From Escherichia phage slur16, in the sequence record NC_028248.1: a stretch of DNA of 64,000 bases; one strand, 5' to 3'. Every line of letters begins with the position of its first letter. The stretch's first letter is position 1. The notes beneath the pieces were generated by a model. It was not told the origin of the DNA. It was given only the letters and a program-made list of their open reading frames with translations, and did no database searches. Positions 1-8,118 of the stretch are shown here, one piece after another. The position numbers and the translations under genes were made by a program.

Positions 1-2615
1 AACAAGTCAGTGGTGGCCTTGTTGGTATTGGCAATCAAGGTGTTGAGGTCAGTTTTTGCGGTAGTTATCTTGCCGTCAAGGGTGGTATAGTTTTTAGATA
101 CCGTCGCGTTTGTCTGACTAATCTTTTGATCCAGAGTTTCAGATGTCCTGTTCAAAAGATCCACAGTGGCCTGGTTAGTGCTCAAGATGCTTGCGTCAAG
201 TTCTGTTCTCTGAGTATTGATCTTACCATCCAGAGTTTTATCTCCGGCTAAATACCCGCTCTCAACTCCCTCTATCTGCTCTACCAGCTCACCTTTGGCG
301 GCAACCAATTTCTCATCTAAAGCCTCTGTCTTTTTGTTCAGAAGATCAGTAGTTGCTTTATTGGTTGTCTCAATCAGGGATGCCAATCTTCCACTTTCAG
401 TGTTCAGATCGTTGGTGAACTTGTTCTGTGCAGCAACAAGTTTCCTATCCAGCGCTGTGATATTGCCATTGACATCCTCAAACTTCTGAGTTGTCTCTGT
501 AACTACCGCACCTATTCTGTCTCCAAGTTGCTGGAATGCCTCATCTACCCTACCATCCATGTACCTGTTAAGTTCTGTGACACGATTTTCAACCTCTTCA
601 ATAGAGGAATCCAAAGTGCTCATCAACTCTTTATAAGTTTCTGTCTTTTTGAATTCAGCATCTATCTGAGGCATCAAATCCTCAATAGAGGTGTAGCAGC
701 GTGCAGCGCATTCTACAAACTGAGAACTACCAAAAGCGTTTGTGGTTCGAATATACCAATAATAAACCTTATCGTTCTGCAGACCTTCAGATGTCCAAGT
801 TGAACCAACACCCATACGGGTGGCGTTTGAAGTAACGGTTGCATCACTGGTGTCGGGCAACCTTGTCATACCGGATGTCCAAAAGTCATACTGGGTGCTA
901 ACACTTGCTAAATCCCTACTATGCGGAATCAAGGTGATAGCAAAGTATCCTTGCTTAACCTCTACAGAAACCGGAGCTTCAGGTGCCTGAATGTTAAACT
1001 CACAATACGCTTCTGGAGATACACCACCTTTATAAGATGTTGCAACAACAGTGGCTGTGTAGGAACCTTTAGTCAGACCTTCAACACGGACAAACTGCTC
1101 AACTGTCTGTGCTGTCCAAACAATCTCTCCGTTCTTTCTTACCTGCACAATATTTTGAGCGTAAGTCCCAACGTTGTCCCAGGCCAAAACACCGTGAGTT
1201 ACTTCCCCAGCTTGGAGAACGGAGTATCTGAAGTTTTGCGGCTGAGCTACACCGGACGGGGATATCGGAATATCTACATCGCCGGAATCCGGAAGTTGCC
1301 CTGTGGCATCATTCCACTCTTTAGCATCTTGACGAAGTTTTACCTTGACACCGCCCTTTTTGGTGAACTCCCATTCAAGAACCCTCATTTCTTGGCCCAC
1401 GATACCAATACTTGGGAGGTCCATTGTAACATAACGGCCAGGCTTAAATTTAAAACCTCGCATATTGCAGGTGACTTCAATAATCCTGCCAGCTCTAGCA
1501 CGTCTTAGGAAGATTGCAGAAACACGCTGAGCTTGATAAGGACTGGTAACAAAGCGATAATCTATATCGATTATCTTTCTTTCTCCATCCTTCTCTATCC
1601 ACTCTGGGACAAACACTGATGGAAAATCTGTTTCAGAATACCCTTTGGTCGGGCTAGTGAATCTGCCAGTTATTGTGTTGGATCTTTTGTCAAATGAGGC
1701 TTCCGGATAGATCTTAACCTCACCACAGACACAGTCCTCACTAAGTGTCATTGTTGCTGGGCCATAGTATGCACCAACCAGCAAACCATACTTACCAGCA
1801 ACATAACTAAGATCTGCACCGCAAGCTTTCAGCATTTCTGCCATAATACTTGCTGGGGCCTCATCCATGTCAAACTCACCGTTAATGGTGTAACGGCGCT
1901 CACTGGTTCCGTCTGCGTTTTTTACCGCCTCGTCGCATATGTTGGCAGCCTCCTTGAAGGACTCCCAGTTGATGGTTTCGTCAGGACATTTAAGGTACGT
2001 TCTTAAATAGTCTAGGATCACCAAGGCAGCGTTATTGGTGTACACCTCTTTACTGATACGAGGATCATAGCATTTTTTACCAATCTTGACGAGTGTAACG
2101 TTTGGCAACCCAAAAGGAAACTTGTTAGGGTCAAACCTGAAGCTGGCACGTAGCCAACTGATCCCTCTACCTATCATGTCAGGTGACCATGATGGGCAGT
2201 GTGTACCCATGAAAGGATCAGATGTTTTTCTGTCGTTATGTAGCTCCCACGATACCAGATCTCCATACGAGGAAATAGGATTACCGTCGATAAGTATATC
2301 TTCTATACCTTCCAGAGGGTGATTGGCAAGAACAATAGCACAATGGAGGGTTCTGTCGCTATCCTGCTCCAAAAACGCAAGCAATCCAGATGTGCGTGTC
2401 TTTCCATACACTACAGAGCAAGGTGCAGCAGAAGATCTGAGAAGCTTTTGTCTATCTTGCTGACTTCTGTAAGATTTGTTGCCCTCAAAAATCTTATCCA
2501 AAGTTCTGGTGGTCACAGTGTTCAGGCTGTCAGCCAGAGCTGCCTTGGATGCGTTCCAGTCATAACTTGAAGATCTTGCAGAAGCAACGATGTTATCAAT
2601 CATTGCAATTGGCAT
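1..2615 (-). CDS. Host-specificity / central tail fiber protein, lambda gpJ-like (partial; N-terminal ~870 aa in window, C-terminus beyond position 1)
   Basis: Minus-strand frame is open from ATG (revcomp of cat at 2613-2615, overlapping the stop of the upstream gene) to the window edge; spot-checked codons at 3-59, 900-959, 1440-1499 and 1983-2039 contain no stops. Not in the ORF track because it has no stop in the window. Translation contains GYFAITLIPH...YDFWTS...YYWYIRTTNAFGSSQFVE, which matches my recollection of the lambda J central region; the C-terminal part has tandem TN(K/Q)AT(T/V)DLLN repeats. Confidence 0.55.
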   Translation of the reverse strand, partial: MPIAMIDNIVASARSSSYDWNASKAALADSLNTVTTRTLDKIFEGNKSYRSQQDRQKLLRSSAAPCSVVYGKTRTSGLLAFLEQDSDRTLHCAIVLANHPLEGIEDILIDGNPISSYGDLVSWELHNDRKTSDPFMGTHCPSWSPDMIGRGISWLRASFRFDPNKFPFGLPNVTLVKIGKKCYDPRISKEVYTNNAALVILDYLRTYLKCPDETINWESFKEAANICDEAVKNADGTSERRYTINGEFDMDEAPASIMAEMLKACGADLSYVAGKYGLLVGAYYGPATMTLSEDCVCGEVKIYPEASFDKRSNTITGRFTSPTKGYSETDFPSVFVPEWIEKDGERKIIDIDYRFVTSPYQAQRVSAIFLRRARAGRIIEVTCNMRGFKFKPGRYVTMDLPSIGIVGQEMRVLEWEFTKKGGVKVKLRQDAKEWNDATGQLPDSGDVDIPISPSGVAQPQNFRYSVLQAGEVTHGVLAWDNVGTYAQNIVQVRKNGEIVWTAQTVEQFVRVEGLTKGSYTATVVATSYKGGVSPEAYCEFNIQAPEAPVSVEVKQGYFAITLIPHSRDLASVSTQYDFWTSGMTRLPDTSDATVTSNATRMGVGSTWTSEGLQNDKVYYWYIRTTNAFGSSQFVECAARCYTSIEDLMPQIDAEFKKTETYKELMSTLDSSIEEVENRVTELNRYMDGRVDEAFQQLGDRIGAVVTETTQKFEDVNGNITALDRKLVAAQNKFTNDLNTESGRLASLIETTNKATTDLLNKKTEALDEKLVAAKGELVEQIEGVESGYLAGDKTLDGKINTQRTELDASILSTNQATVDLLNRTSETLDQKISQTNATVSKNYTTLDGKITTAKTDLNTLIANTNKATTDL

Positions 2616-3052
2616 TAATACCTCCAGACATCAACAACGATAGAATCTTTCATGTCGAACATAAAGACCCCTTTATCACCTTTCGCCCAAATCTGGTTGT
2701 TCCAGAACACACCAGCGGTGAGCCCGTTCAGACCTTCGAAAATAACAATATCGCCACGCTGAACCTGTTTAGGAGTATCCAGTCGAGTCATAAAGAGATC
2801 AAAAATAGTAGGCAGGTGTGTAGTTTTGAAACGAAGCATGCACCATCTTTTGCTTTCCAACTCTGTTTTATACGTTCCTTCGAAGTTGGAAAGAAAATCT
2901 GTTCCGTATTGGGCATCAACACACTTAGCCGCAAAGGTGCAACAATCGTGGAATCCCCATTCAAAAGGTATGGTGGCCTCTTCGTCAAACACTTTCCACA
3001 ATCTTTCTTGCCAATCCACTAAACGAGGGTGTGTGCTCATTAAACCTCCCAA
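2615..3052 (-). CDS. Tail tip-associated protein, hypothetical (Cys/His-containing; possible NlpC/P60-like fold, lambda gpK-like position)
   Basis: 145-aa ORF immediately upstream of the J-like gene with a 1-nt stop/start overlap; FHDCCTF motif. Position and weak motif only. Confidence 0.3.
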   Translation of the reverse strand: MGGLMSTHPRLVDWQERLWKVFDEEATIPFEWGFHDCCTFAAKCVDAQYGTDFLSNFEGTYKTELESKRWCMLRFKTTHLPTIFDLFMTRLDTPKQVQRGDIVIFEGLNGLTAGVFWNNQIWAKGDKGVFMFDMKDSIVVDVWRY

Positions 3053-3606
3053 ATGATCGGGCGGCTCGCCACCTGATCCACATATTTAAAAAATCTGTCA
3101 TTATCGTTTCTTGAGCTGTGGCTTTCCTCCGTGTACCGATAAGGAAAACCTCTTAACCAACTGTTGAAGATGGAAGAGATGGATATGGACAGAGCACTGT
3201 TCTCACCTGTCTGAATAGCCATATCTGTTATAAGGCCGTCAAACAAGCCATTAGTTGTAACAGGCAGACCATTCTCCATAGCGGTAATATACAACGTGGC
3301 ACGACAACCAGAATACTCCGTCTTCAGTAGATCACCAACATACTTAGGATCAAACCCGTTCAATGTTGCTACCACAGATCCGAAGTTGGTGGCATCTTTC
3401 TCAGACACAGCAGTTAATGTTGCTGATCCACCTATCCCTATAAAATGTTGCCCCTCAATTACTACAACACCAGTGCCTGAGCACACCCTGACAGTTCCTG
3501 TCGGTAGCTCCAGCTTTGCAGCAATTAAGATCTCAACACCATCAAGCTCCAGCTTTTCAAGAAATAAATTATCTAATGGCGCTCTGATCATCTTAGAAAT
3601 CCTCAA
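3040..3606 (-). CDS. Hypothetical tail assembly/tail tip protein
   Basis: 188-aa ORF, co-oriented and overlapping its neighbours in the tail tip cluster. Confidence 0.3.
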   Translation of the reverse strand: MRISKMIRAPLDNLFLEKLELDGVEILIAAKLELPTGTVRVCSGTGVVVIEGQHFIGIGGSATLTAVSEKDATNFGSVVATLNGFDPKYVGDLLKTEYSGCRATLYITAMENGLPVTTNGLFDGLITDMAIQTGENSALSISISSIFNSWLRGFPYRYTEESHSSRNDNDRFFKYVDQVASRPIIWEV

Positions 3607-4183
3607 AGAAGTTGATAACTATATTATCACCTTTTTGCATAGCATCGACTTTTTGCTTAATTTTATAAATATCTCTGATATGAAACCTACCCTTCGGGGA
3701 TTGAGTTATTATCTTCATAGTGTCCCCTGCGGCAATAGGTTTTCTAAGTCTTGGAGATATGCTTATAACAGCAGACCCAACACCATCGCTACGCACTGGA
3801 GCTGTTACCACTTTCAATTCATCATTGACAGATATTTTATCCCCAGCTCTAGCTATATCCCTGTTCGGCTCCCAACCAACCGTCTTCAAAAAATCGTCGT
3901 TACCAGTAGGCCCAAGGGCGATTGGCTCATTAGCTGTAACTGAGTGACCGTAAGTTTTAATAAGAAAGATGTTTCCATCTTTATACACCTGATCAACAAA
4001 GCTCTTAAGCTCTAGCAACTGTGACTCGCTGATATTGGAAACCGTCAAAGTGCCTTTCCAGTTAGGTGTGGCATAGGTTACTTTTTGCGTTTTACCTGTA
4101 AACGGACTTTTAAACGTAACAATATCTGCCAGCAGCTCCAATCTAATATCTGGAAGGTATCTAGGCCTTTCCCATAAAAACAT
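3593..4183 (-). CDS. Hypothetical tail protein
   Basis: 196-aa ORF, first gene after the terminator at 4244-4275; no recognizable motif. Confidence 0.3.
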   Translation of the reverse strand: MFLWERPRYLPDIRLELLADIVTFKSPFTGKTQKVTYATPNWKGTLTVSNISESQLLELKSFVDQVYKDGNIFLIKTYGHSVTANEPIALGPTGNDDFLKTVGWEPNRDIARAGDKISVNDELKVVTAPVRSDGVGSAVISISPRLRKPIAAGDTMKIITQSPKGRFHIRDIYKIKQKVDAMQKGDNIVINFFEDF

Positions 4184-4243
4184 TGTGCCTCCAGGTTAAA
4201 CAATCATGATAGCTATTTTACCAGATTTTGAGTTAATACGCAA

Positions 4244-4275
4244 TACAAACAAAAAGCCCCCGCCGAAGCGAGGGC
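4244..4275 (-). terminator. Rho-independent terminator downstream of the long tail fiber gene
   Basis: Minus-strand hairpin GCCCUCGC-UUCG-GCGGGGGC (plus 4256-4275) followed by UUUUUGUUUG. Confidence 0.6.
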
Positions 4276-4282
4276 AGAACAG

Positions 4283-7200
4283 TTACTTCAGTTTCTCTTG
4301 CAATCCAGTAACAACCTCTGTCAATTTTTTAACCTGCTCCTCAAGGGCGGTTATTTTATCGTCCTGTTCCCTGCAAACCTGGACAAGCAAGCCTGTTACA
4401 GCTGCGTAGTCAACGTTATAGAACCTTTCCTCGGTCATCAGAGGAATACCGTCTTGAGTAGGACCTTCTATTTCCTTCCTTTTCACGAAAGATCCTACTG
4501 CCTCTGGCAATGCTTCCATAACCTCTTGAGCAATCACGCCTGCATAAGGCATACCATTCTCTTTCAAGGTGTAGGTATAGCCTTTCATCTTTCTAATTGC
4601 TTCCAGAGCGTTAGGTATGACCTCTATATTATCCTTCAGGTCTCTATCGGAACTTTGGCTAACAGTGGTACATTCTACCGTGCCGTTGACAGCAAAATAT
4701 CTTGATTTAGCCTCATCTGTCTTAGCTCCGCAGTGGAATACCCAGCTGGCGGCTGTTGAGTTATCACTTATCTGAAACTCAAGCACATTCTTCCTATCAG
4801 CGCCATTACCCCAATAGTACAACCTGCCTGTATTAGAAGGCATGTTCGAAGTGTTGGTAACATCAGCACCACCACCTGTGTGTATTGTGAACTCAGGTTC
4901 AAGATTGGACCCTTGAGTTTTTAAAGTGATACCCTTACCGCCAAGCTGCTGCCAATGGCCCCATGTGAAAACACCACCTATCGTTGTTCCATAACGCAGG
5001 AATTTTTCTCCAAGATATGTTGTATATTCCTGTACGCAACTCTCTGGAACGTTGGCATAGTTTCTATAGACAAGGAGAGTACCTGCCTGAGAGCATGGGT
5101 AGTTTCTATCAAGTGCGGCTTGAGCATTGGTCTCCTGATGATAAAAACCCTCTCTATCTCCTTTGTAGTCGTTAAGGTCATTAGTTCCCAACCCTTGACC
5201 ACGGTGCTGAATAACTTTGTTCCACGCTCTGTGGTTTCCCTGCTCTATGGAACGAGTGTACAGCTGGTCTAAACGACCTGCCATCTGGAAAGCGTAGTTT
5301 CCAGAAAAACCAACCGACAACCCTGCTACAACCATGGAACCTTCAGGTCCGTTGACGTTACCAGCCATTATTTTAGAAGGGTTGTTATTCCCGAACTGGT
5401 TGTTCCAGTCTGCACCTGTGTGGCATACAAAACCACCAGGAGCTGAGAAAGTGCCATCTTTGTTGAAGTTGTAGAATCTGTGAGCAGAACCTACAACATC
5501 ACGAACAATAACTTGACCAGCCTCTGGAGTAGATCTGAACTCTGCCTGACCTTTGAGACCAGCACCATTACCGCATTTAGAGGTAAACGTACCGTTAGTC
5601 AGATCCTCTGTCCCATCTGATGCACACTGGAAGCCTGCATTAGAGAATAACGCCTTTCTAGGACTGCCGTAGCACAAATAGTCAAGACCGTCTGCCCATA
5701 GCTCGACTTTTGGCATATTCATTTTGCTCATCACAGCATAGCGTTCAGCAGTGCCTATATAGTGCCACTGTGTGCCGCCACCAGTGTAGAACCCTGAAGT
5801 ACCTTTGAAGTCAACAATAGGTCTGGTATTGGTGTTATTATCTCCAAGAATAGCAAGATTCAAATCTGCTGACTGAAGAGGTGCAACGAACTTAACCCCA
5901 TCCTGATTGTCTGTTACAGCCCCAACCTGGTAATCTTGCTCTCTGGTAAACACTTCGACAACATTTCTACTTGCGTATATGCTGACAGGGAAAGCACGAG
6001 CCTCCACATAGAAAGCAACATACTCTTGTTTACCCCTTGTTGGAGCAATCATCCCAAGAAGTGCTTTTTCATTCTGGTAGAAATTTACTACCCCGTAGAA
6101 AGAGTCTCCCCTGTCCGTCCAGCCGCCAGTTCTATAGTGACACTGCAGGGTGGCACAGTTCATAGGGTCATTTCCAGATGAAGACCTGGTGACTATAGTA
6201 ATATCTGTACCTGTCGAAGGGGCGTAATACGGATCTGTTCTAACGATGATTGGGTAGTATTTCCCATCTTCCATCCCTGCGGTTCTTGGTAGTGTTAAGA
6301 AGTCTTTTACACCTGCTGCTATAGGAACTTTGAACAGATTCTGAGCATCTGCTAAAGTTGTAGCCCCGGTGCCACCTGCGGCTTGAGGTAGAGGTTCCCA
6401 CTTGGCCTTCCGGTTGTTATAAACACCCCATTCCAGAGTGCCGTTACCGGATTCGTCCATCCCACCATCCCAGATAACCATCTTGGCGGCTTTCTTGGAC
6501 CCCCAGAAGCCTCTTTCTGCTCCTGAACTACGAATCCACTCTCCAAGTCCCCAGTTTGTCAGCTGACCAGTAAGATCCCCAACCTGCATGTATTTAGGGC
6601 AGTCTAACACGCCGTCTTCGCGGAAACCTAAATATCTATGGGTTTCAGATCCTTTTGCACCTTTGTGCAGGTGGATTGTCAACCAAGCCTTATTGTCGTT
6701 TCTTACCTCAGAGTAGATCCTATATCCATGCTCAAGGACACCGTCAGCGCTGTATTTGTCCCCGTTAACAATACCTGATGCTGACTTAACATCAGCAGAA
6801 CTTTGAGACAGGTAAAGGTGCCCGAAGGTAGGGGAGTTTCTAGACCCGAGACCGATGTGCGATCTAAAGGTATCATCGTTACGAGGTCTGACCATTGGCT
6901 GCCATGCAGTCCACTGGTTTGTGTTGGCCTGATAGGTTCTCAAATACCAAACATCCACGTTAGAGAATGGATAGTATTCCTGACGACAACCTGTACCGCC
7001 GTTAGCATTGTTCTGCCAAACAATCAAGTGACCAGCACCAGAACCTGCAGGGTAACCATTTGCCTCAGTTGCATAAGCAGTCATCGGCTGGTAGTATACA
7101 CCATCCTGATTACCAGTCAAGTTATTGATATTGAAATTTGGCTCAAGGGCTGCACGTTGCTTATAGAAAGCCCCGATATTGATACGGACTCCAGCGGCAT

Positions 7201-8083
7201 CTCTGGCCCCCGTACCGCCTTGCTCTATAGCAAGAGGTTGCCACGAGGCTGTTTGTTGGTTCCACATGCCCCAACGGCCTGTTGCGTCAAGCTGCAAGTA
7301 CCCTGCCGTGTTTAAATCATCTCCAGCACGGATAACTGTTCTTGTTGGGTTGTTTGCCTCCAGGCGTTTAAATTCATCACGAAGTGCTATTCTTTTTGTT
7401 GTTGCTACACCGTTGGTTACTGCGATGGTATACATGGCTCCGGATGTAGCGCCACGGAAAATACCATCAACAGTTGTAGTATCACGACGAGATACCACAC
7501 CGTTCAGAAATTTTTCACCAGCTGCTACAGAAGGGTAGTTGGTGGTTCTTCCCTCTTCAATAACTGCAGGACCCACAAAGTTATCAAGGTGAATAACATC
7601 ACCTACAGTGTGCACCGTACCAAAATCTACACGCTGTGCAAGTGCTTTAGCATCGTTAGCTGTCTGAACAGTAACATCCATTACATCCTGGACAGACTGC
7701 CCTTCGGCTGTCATGATCATAGATGCGCCAATGGTAGATTCCAGCTCCTCCCTTAGGGACGGGTCAGTATATACCATCCATGCAGCGTCAGTAATCCCAC
7801 CATCGGAGTACGGTGAAGATAGTGCAGGAACAGTGTGTGGAAATTCGCCTTTCCAACGCAGGTAGAGATCTTCCTCTTCGAAATAGGCAAAATCCATTGG
7901 GCCGTTTAACTTACCACCTTCCTTAAAGGAGATTACATGAGAAACAGTCCCATCCACATGGACAACATCGCCAATTTTTACACGACGGGTCAGGTCTGGT
8001 TGTTGAACAACCAGGTAATCATCCTCTGTCACTGCGGTAGTGGCAGGAAGAGATTCAATTCTGACAACTTTAATATCAGCCAT
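4283..8083 (-). CDS. Long tail fiber protein with C-terminal intramolecular chaperone (peptidase S74-like) domain
   Basis: 1266-aa ORF. C-terminus SDRDLKDNIEVIPNALEAIRKMKGYTYTLKENG...ERFYNVDYAAVTGLLVQ plus terminal coiled coil matches the autoproteolytic chaperone domain of endosialidase / T5 L-shaped fiber type. N-terminal ~100 aa are paralogous to the 222-aa protein at 10718-11386. RBS AGGAG precedes the ATG. Confidence 0.75.
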   Translation of the reverse strand: MADIKVVRIESLPATTAVTEDDYLVVQQPDLTRRVKIGDVVHVDGTVSHVISFKEGGKLNGPMDFAYFEEEDLYLRWKGEFPHTVPALSSPYSDGGITDAAWMVYTDPSLREELESTIGASMIMTAEGQSVQDVMDVTVQTANDAKALAQRVDFGTVHTVGDVIHLDNFVGPAVIEEGRTTNYPSVAAGEKFLNGVVSRRDTTTVDGIFRGATSGAMYTIAVTNGVATTKRIALRDEFKRLEANNPTRTVIRAGDDLNTAGYLQLDATGRWGMWNQQTASWQPLAIEQGGTGARDAAGVRINIGAFYKQRAALEPNFNINNLTGNQDGVYYQPMTAYATEANGYPAGSGAGHLIVWQNNANGGTGCRQEYYPFSNVDVWYLRTYQANTNQWTAWQPMVRPRNDDTFRSHIGLGSRNSPTFGHLYLSQSSADVKSASGIVNGDKYSADGVLEHGYRIYSEVRNDNKAWLTIHLHKGAKGSETHRYLGFREDGVLDCPKYMQVGDLTGQLTNWGLGEWIRSSGAERGFWGSKKAAKMVIWDGGMDESGNGTLEWGVYNNRKAKWEPLPQAAGGTGATTLADAQNLFKVPIAAGVKDFLTLPRTAGMEDGKYYPIIVRTDPYYAPSTGTDITIVTRSSSGNDPMNCATLQCHYRTGGWTDRGDSFYGVVNFYQNEKALLGMIAPTRGKQEYVAFYVEARAFPVSIYASRNVVEVFTREQDYQVGAVTDNQDGVKFVAPLQSADLNLAILGDNNTNTRPIVDFKGTSGFYTGGGTQWHYIGTAERYAVMSKMNMPKVELWADGLDYLCYGSPRKALFSNAGFQCASDGTEDLTNGTFTSKCGNGAGLKGQAEFRSTPEAGQVIVRDVVGSAHRFYNFNKDGTFSAPGGFVCHTGADWNNQFGNNNPSKIMAGNVNGPEGSMVVAGLSVGFSGNYAFQMAGRLDQLYTRSIEQGNHRAWNKVIQHRGQGLGTNDLNDYKGDREGFYHQETNAQAALDRNYPCSQAGTLLVYRNYANVPESCVQEYTTYLGEKFLRYGTTIGGVFTWGHWQQLGGKGITLKTQGSNLEPEFTIHTGGGADVTNTSNMPSNTGRLYYWGNGADRKNVLEFQISDNSTAASWVFHCGAKTDEAKSRYFAVNGTVECTTVSQSSDRDLKDNIEVIPNALEAIRKMKGYTYTLKENGMPYAGVIAQEVMEALPEAVGSFVKRKEIEGPTQDGIPLMTEERFYNVDYAAVTGLLVQVCREQDDKITALEEQVKKLTEVVTGLQEKLK

Positions 8084-8118
8084 TCTTTCTCCTGAAAGGG
8101 GGCAAACAGCCCCCTATG

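Noticed and set aside
217-2570. Six plus-strand ORFs (78-195 aa) in the first 2.6 kb
   Set aside because: They lie antisense to a continuous minus-strand frame (the J-like gene) that is open to the window edge, and their translations are low-complexity with no RBS.
6803-7538. Plus-strand ORFs of 170 and 119 aa inside the long fiber gene
   Set aside because: Antisense to the 1266-aa fiber ORF, which has the stronger coding signal (RBS, recognizable C-terminal domain).
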